A model generated the notes under the pieces. The model made no database searches. It saw only the letters and a list, made by a program, of their open reading frames with translations, and had not been told where the DNA came from. The position numbers and the translations under genes are program-made. A stretch of 43,441 nt of DNA, from contig SMWR01000088.1 in NCBI GenBank assembly GCA_004356735.1, forward strand, positions 1 to 43,441, in the 5' to 3' direction. Numbering within the stretch: position 1 is the stretch's first letter; each line of letters begins with the position of its first letter. Origin of the DNA: Deltaproteobacteria bacterium. Lineage in GTDB: Bacteria > Myxococcota_A > UBA9160 > SMWR01. Shown one piece after another: positions 1-9,265 of the stretch.

Positions 1-214
1 GATCGCCGCCATGCCGATCGATTCCCTCGTCGCGACGAAGCAGCTGCTGTTGGCGTCCCGCCTCGATGCGGTTCGCGCAGCGCGCGAACGGGAGAACGTC
101 AGCTTTGGATCGCTGCTGGGCGGCCCAGCCAACCGCGAGGCGCTGAAGGCCTTCCGCGAAAAGCGGCCGCCGGACTTCACGAAGCTTCCCGCGAGCAGCA
201 AGAAGGAAAACTAG
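1..214 (+). CDS. enoyl-CoA hydratase/isomerase (crotonase) family protein, C-terminal fragment; the 5' end lies outside the window
   Basis: The frame is open from base 2 to the stop at 212-214. The tail ..NREALKAFREKRPPDF.. matches the conserved C-terminal helix of crotonase-fold enzymes. Confidence 0.7.
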   Translation, partial: IAAMPIDSLVATKQLLLASRLDAVRAARERENVSFGSLLGGPANREALKAFREKRPPDFTKLPASSKKEN

Positions 215-256
215 CTGCGCACTTTGTGCGCACGCTCTGTGCGCACGCTCCGACCC

Positions 257-1468
257 CTAGATCACCTGCTTCTCCCGCAGTTCGGTCACCTCGTCCCAGC
301 TGAAGCCGAGTTCCTCGGTCAGCAAAAGCTCTGTGTGCTGACCGAACTCGGGGGCGGGTCCACGGATCTCGGCCGGAGTTTTGGAGAAGCGGACCGGCAG
401 GTTCAACATCTCGAGCGGGCCCAGGTTCGGGTGCTCGACGTTGGCGATCATGCCGTTGGCGCGAACCTGGGGATCGTCGGGCAGGTCCCCGACCGAATTG
501 ACGATCGTGAAGATGAAGTCACCGGCGGCGTCGAGGCGCTTGCACCACTCTTCGCGACTTGCAGTCGCAAAGACCTCATCCAGGATGCCGATCAGGAGCT
601 TGGCGTGGATGCCGCGGTTCATCATCGAGTTGAAGCGATCGCCCTCCAGCAGATCCTGGCGACCCAGGACCTTGGCGAAGTCCTCCCACCAGCGGTCGGA
701 CTGGGCCATGGCGAAGGCGATCCAGCGGTCGTCGGCGCAGCGGTAGTGGTTCCAGAGCGGATTGAAGGCCGAGTCTCGCGAGAAACGCGGCAGCTCGTTG
801 CCCAACATCAATCGACTGGCCATCGAGAGGCCCTGGAGCCAGGTCATGGCACCGAGTAGCGACACGTCGATCGTCTGGCCCTCGCCCGTGCGCTCGCGGT
901 GGAGCAGCGCCGTCATGATGCCGAAGGCCAGCATGCTGCCCGCCATCTGGTCGGCGATGGCCCCCTGGATGGCGAGCGGCGGATCGTCCGAGGAGCCGGC
1001 CGCGTTCATGATTCCCGAGCGGGCCAGACCCAGGTAGTCCATGCAGGGACGCTCGGCATCGGGACCGTCGAGACCGAAGCCACTACCGCTCGCGTAGATC
1101 AGCTTCGGGTTGATCTTGCACAACACCTCGTCGCCGAGCCCCAAGCGCTTGGCCACGCCTGGCCGGAAGTTCTGGACGAAGACGTCGCTCTTCTCGACGA
1201 GCCGCTTCATGATCTCTTTCGACTCGGGTCGCTTGAGATCGAGGGTGACACTTCGCTTGCCGCGGTTGTGGGCCTCGAAATAGAAGTTGGCCATCTGCGA
1301 GACGTCGACGCCCGCCGCGCGCAACACACCGCGGCCTGGATCGCCCTCTTCCCGGGCTTCGATCTTGATGACGTCAGCGCCGAGGTCGGCCAGCATCATC
1401 GACGCCACAGGGCCCTGCTGCCAGATCGTCCAGTCGATCACGCGGATGCCTTCCAGCGGTCGTGTCAT
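257..1468 (-). CDS. family III CoA-transferase (CaiB/BaiF type)
   Basis: RVIDWTIWQQGPVASMMLADLGADVIKIE is the hallmark opening of family III CoA-transferases. I placed the start at ATG 1468 because AGGAGA sits 6 nt upstream; the ORF is open to 1510. Confidence 0.9.
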   Translation of the reverse strand: MTRPLEGIRVIDWTIWQQGPVASMMLADLGADVIKIEAREEGDPGRGVLRAAGVDVSQMANFYFEAHNRGKRSVTLDLKRPESKEIMKRLVEKSDVFVQNFRPGVAKRLGLGDEVLCKINPKLIYASGSGFGLDGPDAERPCMDYLGLARSGIMNAAGSSDDPPLAIQGAIADQMAGSMLAFGIMTALLHRERTGEGQTIDVSLLGAMTWLQGLSMASRLMLGNELPRFSRDSAFNPLWNHYRCADDRWIAFAMAQSDRWWEDFAKVLGRQDLLEGDRFNSMMNRGIHAKLLIGILDEVFATASREEWCKRLDAAGDFIFTIVNSVGDLPDDPQVRANGMIANVEHPNLGPLEMLNLPVRFSKTPAEIRGPAPEFGQHTELLLTEELGFSWDEVTELREKQVI

Positions 1469-1754
1469 TTCCATTCTCCTATGTGTCGATCGCTTGGCTG
1501 CCTGACGCACCGGGTCACCCGTTGCAGGATCATTTCAACCCGACGACGCTCCGTCCGGCCCAGATCGGCTTGAAGCCGTTTTGACATGTTGAAGTTTCCA
1601 TCCGGTTCCGGAATCCGTCAATACACCGCTCGACGAGCTACTCCGTGCACGAAGAGATCGACCGGGTGATCGGCCACCAGCAGCCGCCCGACGGACTGCT
1701 GCTCCCCCATGCGGGCGGACTCCGTCGAGAGAGACGGCCGCACGCTCTCCGGGA

Positions 1755-2681
<927 letters not shown>

Positions 2682-2909
2682 CTCGACGGTTCCTCATGGA
2701 GGGTGAGCGGGAATCCAGAGACGCGAGGCCCGCTGCTCATCCCAGGGCCCGGTCGCAGCCGAGACTAGAGAGCTGAGCGGCCGGAGGCAGCAGAAGAATG
2801 GTCAAAGTTCTGTAAGAATCCGGACTTCCCCTGGGATGACGCAGCTGCTTGCAGACGGGGCCATGACGCTCCGCGGCAAGATCGACACACAACCGAGGTG
2901 AACCGTTGA

Positions 2910-3623
2910 GCAACCAACCGGCCCAGGCCCGCTTCGCTCAGCGGGATCTCTGCCGACAACATCCACCAGCTCGGACTCGCCTGGTCGTACATGACGGGCA
3001 CAAAGCGCGGGCTCGAGTCGACGCCCCTGGTGATCGACGGTGTGCTCTACGCCACCGGTTCCTGGAGCCGCGTCTACGCCCTTGACGCCGCCAGCGGCCG
3101 CGAGCTCTGGCGCTTCGACCCCGAGGTTCCCGGCTGGAAGGGGCGCAACGTCTGCTGCGATGTGGTGAACCGGGGCGTCGCGGCCTGGAAGGGCCGCATC
3201 TACCTGGGAACCATCGACGGTCGGCTGATCGCCCTGGACGCCGCGACGGGCAAGCCGGATTGGGAAGTCCAGACCACCGACCCCGGGCAGCCCTACTCGA
3301 TCACGGGTGCACCCCGGGTCGTGAAAGGTCGCGTCATTATCGGCAACGGCGGCGCCGACCTTGGCGTGCGCAGCAGTGGCCTTTACCCCGACCTCAGGAA
3401 GTCCTCGCGGGCCGTCCACGACAGCTGGAACGAAATCGTGCTGGGGGGCTCACTCCAGGCTGGAGGAATGGCGAGCTTCGCCGACCACCTGACCGGGAAG
3501 CAAGCCCAGCAGATCCACGCCTACGTCCTCGCCCGCAGCCATCACGAGCCCGGACTGCTCGAGCGGGCTGCCCGCTGGATCGGGCGCTACGCGTGCATCC
3601 CGGTTGCCTGGGCCGCGGACTGA
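2910..3623 (+). pseudogene. PQQ-dependent (methanol/ethanol family) dehydrogenase remnant with a large internal deletion and a degraded 5' end
   Basis: Beta-propeller N-terminal blades are present (..[64 protein letters not shown]). They join near nt 3375 directly to the extreme C-terminal tail ([40 protein letters not shown]). About 450 aa of propeller are missing. There is no signal peptide or start, and an in-frame stop lies at 2907-2909. Confidence 0.65.
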
Positions 3624-3898
3624 TCGGGCGCAGCCGCTCCCGGACACAGCGGCCGCCTGGCCGGCGCTGGATCGCACTCCCAGACCCGCGCACTACCCGG
3701 CAGAGCGCCTCGAGGCCGGCGCTGGCGGCTCCGACGCAACAGCAGACGTCGCGTGTCGGCCCAAAGTGCGCGACCGGATTCCGTCCATCTTGTGCGGGCC
3801 GACCCACCTGGCACCCCCCGCCAGCCGAGCTCCCGATTTCGCCGAATTGAAAGTCGGCGTGAAGACAAGAGGAGACCCAGCGCGAGGCCAACTGGAGG

Positions 3899-5089
3899 CT
3901 AGATCCATACCATCAGATCTTCGATTCCCACGACGAAGTTGGCCGGCCGCAATGAAGGGGCCTCTTGGCTTGCAAGCTCGATCTGGGGTATGCGGGTCAT
4001 GAGTTCTTCGAACATGACACGCAGCTCGAGACGGGCCAACGAGCTGCCCAGGCAAAAGTGGCTGCCGTTCCCGCCAAACGCGACATGGGCGTTTGGGCTT
4101 CGTTCGATATCGAATTCGGAAGCGCGCTCGAAGACTTGCTCATCGCGGTTCGCCGCCCCGTATAGCATCAAGACCCGGTCTCCCTCACGGAGTCGTATTC
4201 CTCGCAGCTCGGTGTCTTGCTTGACGGTGCGCATCAGGTTTTGGAGTGGAGTCACCCATCGCAGCATCTCCTCGACGGCGGTGGGGATTTTCGACGGATC
4301 CTCAACCAGCCTGCGATGCTGCGCCGGGTGAAGCAGAAGCTGATGCATGCCACCGCTGATGACATGCCGAGTCGTCTCATCACCACCAATCAGGATCAGC
4401 AGCGACTCCATCAAGATGGATTGATCGTCGAGACGCTGTCCGCCGACTTCGGCGTGCACGAGAATGCTCATCAAATCTTCAGCAAGCGGCTTCGATCTGC
4501 GATCGGCGACCACTGCAGCGTTGTACTGAGCCCATTCCGCGGCGGCGCTGACCTGGCGCTGAAGGAGCACCGGATCGTCGCTGCCGAGTGCGCACATGAT
4601 ATCATCGGACCAGCGCAACAGCCGGTCGTGGTCCTCTGCTTTCACGCCAAGCAAGTCTGCAATCACGCTCATCGGCAGCGGTGCGGCGACCTCGCGAACG
4701 AAGTCGAATGCCTGCTTCCCGCCATACTTCTGCGCGACGTTTTCGATGATCTGGATACAAATCTCACGTATGCGCGGCTCGAGTCTGGAAACCTGCCGGG
4801 GCGTAAAGCCTCGACTGACCAGGCCTCGCCGAATCATATGCTCCGGCCGATCCATACAGGCCATCATCGGCATCGGTGGAGAATCGGGTCGAAAGCCCAT
4901 ATGACTGCCATAGACGTCGGGATTCTTCGAGATCATCGTGATGTCTTCGTGCCGGGACACTGCGTATAGATCGTTCTTCGCATCGTAGTAGACGGGCGCA
5001 TGCTTACGCAGCCATGCATACGAGCGCTGAACATCGTTGGCGTAGAATTCGCCACGCACGAGATCAATGGCGGGGGGGGACTGGGGCAT
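3899..5089 (-). CDS. cytochrome P450
   Basis: Heme loop FGGNGSHFCLGSSLAR, ExxR motif (EEMLRW) and I-helix GGDETT. The start is either ATG 5089 (MPQSPP..) or 5131. Confidence 0.9.
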   Translation of the reverse strand: MPQSPPAIDLVRGEFYANDVQRSYAWLRKHAPVYYDAKNDLYAVSRHEDITMISKNPDVYGSHMGFRPDSPPMPMMACMDRPEHMIRRGLVSRGFTPRQVSRLEPRIREICIQIIENVAQKYGGKQAFDFVREVAAPLPMSVIADLLGVKAEDHDRLLRWSDDIMCALGSDDPVLLQRQVSAAAEWAQYNAAVVADRRSKPLAEDLMSILVHAEVGGQRLDDQSILMESLLILIGGDETTRHVISGGMHQLLLHPAQHRRLVEDPSKIPTAVEEMLRWVTPLQNLMRTVKQDTELRGIRLREGDRVLMLYGAANRDEQVFERASEFDIERSPNAHVAFGGNGSHFCLGSSLARLELRVMFEELMTRIPQIELASQEAPSLRPANFVVGIEDLMVWI

Positions 5090-5222
5090 CTCGGTTTTGG
5101 TTCCTGTGCGGCACGCGTTGTGGGGCACCACATGCAGCGCGTGGTCGAGTGCAAGGCCTGGATCGACGAGCGAGGGACGAGGCCGCTGAGGCCCGGCGTG
5201 GTTCAGCCGGCTCGATCACACC

Positions 5223-5648
5223 TCATCGCAGCTCGTAGATGTCGTAGACCACGTTCGCGCCGTCCAGTCCTCCGAGCCCGACCGCTTGAATATTGTTGAG
5301 CCAGGCGTATCGCTCGTCCCCGGTCTCGAATAGCGGGGCGCAGCGCGCCTTTAGAGCTCCGTCGACCACGACCCCGATGCCATTGTAGGTTACGAGGATC
5401 ATCGCGTCGTCGTGGGTCTGCAAGGTCAGGCGTACATCCAACTTGATGCTTCCATCGGCCCGTTGGGTGACCCAATCGCCGCCTGGCCCAATCACGGTTC
5501 CGTTCAGCTTCTCGCCTTCAAACTTGCCGCCCTTCACGCCCACCAGCATACGCGTGCCCTGCGGAGCGCCCGGCATCATGGTCGGAGCGCCGTCGGTCTC
5601 GAGCGTGATCTTGAACAGGTGGGTTACCGGTAGGGATGATTCGGCCAT
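5223..5648 (-). CDS. DUF3237 (UPF0311) family protein
   Basis: 141 aa. The ..GGKFEGEKLNGTVIGPGGDW.. and ..FETGDERYAWLN.. blocks are typical of DUF3237. Confidence 0.8.
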   Translation of the reverse strand: MAESSLPVTHLFKITLETDGAPTMMPGAPQGTRMLVGVKGGKFEGEKLNGTVIGPGGDWVTQRADGSIKLDVRLTLQTHDDAMILVTYNGIGVVVDGALKARCAPLFETGDERYAWLNNIQAVGLGGLDGANVVYDIYELR

Positions 5649-5730
5649 CAGGCCTCCTTCGCCGTGTTCGAGGTGGATTGGAAGGTAGCTGGGATCAAAC
5701 CATCCAACGATCGCACGTTAGCCACATTCG

Positions 5731-6048
5731 ATGGCGACGAACAATTGCATCGCTGCGCTGGACGTTGCAATCCTTGCTGATGTCCAGGTGGCCTCGGGGC
5801 ATGAATCGAAACGCGGCAGCGGCTCCCACTCCCATGATCTTCATCGGCCACCGATCCCGAAGGATCCTGGCCTGCCGAGGCACCTTCACCGAGAACAAGG
5901 ACTCGCGGACCACAGGGTCTCTGCCGCGAAGCAGAACCCGGATATCCCGGCAGTCTCGCCCCAGGGCCTGATGCTCTTGGGCGTGACGCTCGTTGCAGCG
6001 ATGTACATCACGCTGCGTCGCACGCGGCTGGGACGCAGCGCGACTTAG
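5731..6048 (+). CDS. hypothetical small Pro/His-rich protein ending in an IPTLxxWG-CTERM-like tripartite sorting signal (speculative)
   Basis: The C-terminus is DIPAVSPQG-LMLLGVTLVAAMYITL-RRTRLGR, that is motif, TM helix, then basic cluster. GC3 is about 70% in a lower-GC stretch. Weaknesses: no convincing N-terminal signal peptide, and the ORF is bounded by a stop at 5719-5721. Confidence 0.3.
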   Translation: MATNNCIAALDVAILADVQVASGHESKRGSGSHSHDLHRPPIPKDPGLPRHLHREQGLADHRVSAAKQNPDIPAVSPQGLMLLGVTLVAAMYITLRRTRLGRSAT

Positions 6049-6689
6049 ACGCGAACGCCCGCCGCGCGTCGTTCGACCAGAAGCCGCCAATCTTCTGGCT
6101 TGAACGCGAGCAGCAGCCACACCAGAGTTGGAACCAGGTAGTAGGGCCCCATCCACAGGCTGAACTGCGCGAACCCGTGCACGATGGCTCGCCAGGGACC
6201 TGCGAGCCAGGGCAGCTGGCTGATCAAGAAGTGGGTCCGCTCGGGTTCGAAGGCTTCGTAGATCTGGAAGGCAGGCATCGCAGCGACGAACATCGTCATC
6301 ATGAGAGCCGCTACGCCGAGCCCAGAGACCCGGCGCTTCCAGGACATGGGGGATGCGAGCATCAGGGCGAGTGCCAGCGCGGTCGGCATGTAACCCGTCG
6401 ATCGGCTGCTGCGAATCGACTGGGTTGCGCCGACTCTCGAGATGCCAGGCGTGCCGGGGATCCGGTGCAGGATCTCCGTATCCATCACCGTGGCAGTGAG
6501 CGGTCGGTTTGGCCGGTAGCGGCGAACGACGACGCTGCGCTGCGGGTCGCTCGAGACGACCGCGATTTGTACGATCGCGCGGTAGAAGCCCCCGTAGGTC
6601 TCCGTGAGGCCGGGCCATGGGGCCATCAGCACGCCGTAGAAGAACACGAAGCGGAGGGCGAAGCCCGCGACCCGCTTAGAGCTGAGCAC
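6045..6689 (-). CDS. polytopic membrane protein of unknown function, translationally coupled to the exosortase-family gene
   Basis: 214 aa with a GTG start that overlaps the upstream stop by 14 nt. It has one N-terminal TM helix (FALRFVFFYGVLMA) and about three C-terminal TM helices flanking a loop of about 90 aa. I recognise no family motif. Confidence 0.65.
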   Translation of the reverse strand: MLSSKRVAGFALRFVFFYGVLMAPWPGLTETYGGFYRAIVQIAVVSSDPQRSVVVRRYRPNRPLTATVMDTEILHRIPGTPGISRVGATQSIRSSRSTGYMPTALALALMLASPMSWKRRVSGLGVAALMMTMFVAAMPAFQIYEAFEPERTHFLISQLPWLAGPWRAIVHGFAQFSLWMGPYYLVPTLVWLLLAFKPEDWRLLVERRAAGVRV

Positions 6690-7239
6690 GTTCCCGTCTC
6701 CGTGTCGCCCACGCGAGCCAGAATCCGAACGAGACGAGTGCGAACGCGATGTACAGTACCTGCCAGACGTCCGTGTGCATCACCACGAACAGTTGCGGAC
6801 GGTAGGCGCCGATCAGGAACAGGCTCACGATTCGTACGATGTTGAGGGCCGCGAGGAGCGGAAGGCAGATCAGGAGCGCGGGCAGTCGGAGCACGAACCG
6901 GGTGGGAAACGCGAACAGAGCCGCCAGGAAGAGCATCATCGGTTCGATGCCGTCGCAGCCTCGGGCCACAGAAACGGCGAAATGATCGGAGAAGATTCTC
7001 ACGCCGTCGGTGTCGACGGCTTCTCCAAGCATCGCGAGGACGTGGGTTGAAAGCAAAGTGTTGATCGCCAGGTAGGGCCCGAATACGTAGTCGTCGTAGA
7101 TGTCTGTAGCGGCGAAGGCGTAGTACGCGCCGAGAATGAGCACGAAGACGCACACCATTCGCAGGAGCAGGCGGTTGGCAACCGCTCGGTCTGCGCTCTC
7201 ACGGGCCGGATCCCCGCCAGAATCATTCTCTTCTGACAA
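6676..7239 (-). CDS. exosortase/archaeosortase family protein, short (exosortase H-like) form
   Basis: 187 aa and multi-TM. Candidate catalytic residues are Cys95 (VARGCDGIEP), Arg136 (LNIVRIV) and His155 (VVMHTDVW). The Cys-to-Arg spacing is 41 aa, as in characterised family members. Confidence 0.75.
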   Translation of the reverse strand: MSEENDSGGDPARESADRAVANRLLLRMVCVFVLILGAYYAFAATDIYDDYVFGPYLAINTLLSTHVLAMLGEAVDTDGVRIFSDHFAVSVARGCDGIEPMMLFLAALFAFPTRFVLRLPALLICLPLLAALNIVRIVSLFLIGAYRPQLFVVMHTDVWQVLYIAFALVSFGFWLAWATRRRERAQL

Positions 7240-7315
7240 AGCAGTCCGAGGCTACCACACGGTCCGGATCGGACGAGAATGGACACGATGTGAGATCACG
7301 AAACGAGCCGGACTC

Positions 7316-9241
7316 CTAGGCCGGCGTGAGTCCGAGCAGGTGCCGCACGCGCCGGGCGACCTCCTCGCCGTCGTCCAGCGTGTTTCCCGGCGCAGCGGGC
7401 AGGCTTACCGATGGCGGAATGATCAAGCCTCGCTCGATCAGCCGCGCGCAAAGATACTCGAGGCCCTGTTGGGGCCGCGTCGTTCCGCGTCGGTTCTTGG
7501 GACGGCTGTTGGCTCGTTTGATCACCCACTCCCGAAGCGGACTCTCGAGGGCACCGACCGGGTCGACGTCATCGAGACGGTCCGACGACGTCTCGATGCG
7601 ATTCGGATGTGGCCAGAGCCGCGCGCCGGCAGGACTCAAGACGGCATCGAACCATTCGGCCACTTCACCGCCGCGAAGTCCCAGCTGGACCAGGCGGGGT
7701 CGTCCGGCGTCCTGGTCACGGATCCAGCGCGCAACGCGGGCACAGCGGCCGCCGGCCGCGATGACCACGTCCGGCCAGGGTCCATCGAGTGGAGACGAAA
7801 CCGCTCGGTCGAGTCCCGTACAACGCGCACCCAGCCATCCCGTCTCGAGACGGCCGATGCCGCGGAAGCGCAGGTCCTTGCGTTGGCACGACCCGCCCAG
7901 CGATTCGCCCAGCGCGAGCGCTTCCCGAGCTTCGGCTTCGTTGTCGTCGCACAGGATCCAGACCCGGGGCGTCCCGGACCAGCAACAGCCTCCCTCTCGG
8001 ACGCTCAGCCGCTGTTCGACGCTGAGGTTCCACTCGCCCAGCACCAGGGTCCAGTGGACGTGCGGATGACGCCGCGCTGCAGTCTCGAAGTGTTCCATCC
8101 ACCAGGACCGATCTCGGGGGGAATTCCGCAGCTCGCTGGCATCGTCGAGTCGGATCGCGTGATCTCCGTTCTCGGCGCCCACGCAAACGAAACGATCGGC
8201 CTGGGCAAAGATCCGATCGATCACCCAAGGCGCATCCTCATCGGGCAGGTACTCGAGCAGCCCGCAGCAGAAGATGCCGTCGCTGCGCTTCTCGAGTGCC
8301 GCAATCGGGTCGTCGCCAAGGCGTAGCTCGAGCAGCGACCCGTTGCCGCTGGCTTGGAGGTCTCGCACGAGACGTCGCGCCAGCTCGTCGTCGACGGCTC
8401 GGGGACGCCGACTGTTCGGACTCGGCGGCGCCTTGCGCAGGCGCTCGAGCAGGGCGAGATAGCCCGGGCTGGGCGCATCGGCGCGGAACACCTGAAAGCC
8501 GACAGCATCGGCCGATCGCTTGAGATCGAACCAGAGATCACCGGTGCGATTCGGCTGATAGACGAAGCGCTTCGGCAGCGGTCGCCAGGGCTGGGTGTGG
8601 AGGGTCGTCCAGTGCTGGAACTTCGACTGGCCACGCACGAAATCGTCGTCACGAGCCGTCCAGACGGAGTCGAGGTCACCTCGAATCCCCGGATGGGCCC
8701 GGATCGAGGGCCCCAGGATCTCCTTCTTGAGCTTCTTCTGGCAGTCTTCGAGCGGCCAGACGGTGGCCATGCGCTGGCAGTCGATCAACATGATCGATGT
8801 CTCGGTGTCGTCGGTCGACAGGAAACCGTGCTCGCCCATGTCGGCGTCGAAGAGTTCGCCCGGGTCCGCAAACCAGGCCATGTCCTCGTCGGTGTAGATG
8901 GCGCGTCCCTGCGCTCCGGCGTAGTGCGGAATTGCGAACCGATAGTTGCTGAAGCCCGTCGTCCAACCGCGCCGATCGAAGCCGGCCAGCTCCTTCAACA
9001 GGAAGATCTCGTAGACCCGGGCGGGATCGCGGTGCTCGAGCACCGACCAGACCAGCACCCGTTCGGGCCGGTACTGCCCCGGCTCGGACCCGATGTAGAT
9101 CCGCACCGGCGGCTTGCCGTTCGGCGCCACACCGTCGGCGACGCCGTAGGTGATCCGGGCGGGCTGCCGGGTATTAAAAGCCAGGCGCGAATCCGGCGGA
9201 TTCAGGAACCGCAGCTTCGAACGCAGCTCGAGAAATGCCAT
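7316..9241 (-). CDS. multidomain protein: GT8-like glycosyltransferase, then a degenerate methyltransferase-like segment, then an ELM1/DUF1022-like domain
   Basis: N-terminus: FSNYRFAIPHY..AIYTDEDM (GT-A fold with a DxD-type motif). Middle: LLEYLPDEDAPWVIDRIF..RFVCV, with no intact SAM-binding Gly loop. C-terminus: PRVWILCDDNEAEAREALALGESLG..PWPDVVIAAGGRCARVARWIR (ELM1-family signature). Confidence 0.75.
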   Translation of the reverse strand: MAFLELRSKLRFLNPPDSRLAFNTRQPARITYGVADGVAPNGKPPVRIYIGSEPGQYRPERVLVWSVLEHRDPARVYEIFLLKELAGFDRRGWTTGFSNYRFAIPHYAGAQGRAIYTDEDMAWFADPGELFDADMGEHGFLSTDDTETSIMLIDCQRMATVWPLEDCQKKLKKEILGPSIRAHPGIRGDLDSVWTARDDDFVRGQSKFQHWTTLHTQPWRPLPKRFVYQPNRTGDLWFDLKRSADAVGFQVFRADAPSPGYLALLERLRKAPPSPNSRRPRAVDDELARRLVRDLQASGNGSLLELRLGDDPIAALEKRSDGIFCCGLLEYLPDEDAPWVIDRIFAQADRFVCVGAENGDHAIRLDDASELRNSPRDRSWWMEHFETAARRHPHVHWTLVLGEWNLSVEQRLSVREGGCCWSGTPRVWILCDDNEAEAREALALGESLGGSCQRKDLRFRGIGRLETGWLGARCTGLDRAVSSPLDGPWPDVVIAAGGRCARVARWIRDQDAGRPRLVQLGLRGGEVAEWFDAVLSPAGARLWPHPNRIETSSDRLDDVDPVGALESPLREWVIKRANSRPKNRRGTTRPQQGLEYLCARLIERGLIIPPSVSLPAAPGNTLDDGEEVARRVRHLLGLTPA

Positions 9242-9265
9242 CCCGGCTCCTTGCGCCCCATCGGG

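Noticed and set aside
3624-3898. Several overlapping 90-200-aa ORFs on both strands between the PQQ-dehydrogenase relic and the P450.
   Set aside because: They are mutually exclusive and Arg/Pro/Ala-rich with no recognisable domains. This is probably decayed or intergenic DNA.
5072-5079. A G8 (C8 in sense) homopolymer 8 nt inside the first P450 gene, considered as a phase-variation tract.
   Set aside because: It encodes an ordinary Ser-Pro-Pro-Ala stretch with the frame intact. G/C runs of this length are not exceptional at this GC content, and there is no supporting structure.
5695-6618. A 307-aa minus-strand ORF spanning the DUF3237-exosortase gap.
   Set aside because: It is extremely Arg-rich. 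It overlaps the well-behaved membrane-protein frame (6045-6689) out of frame, and it has no motifs.
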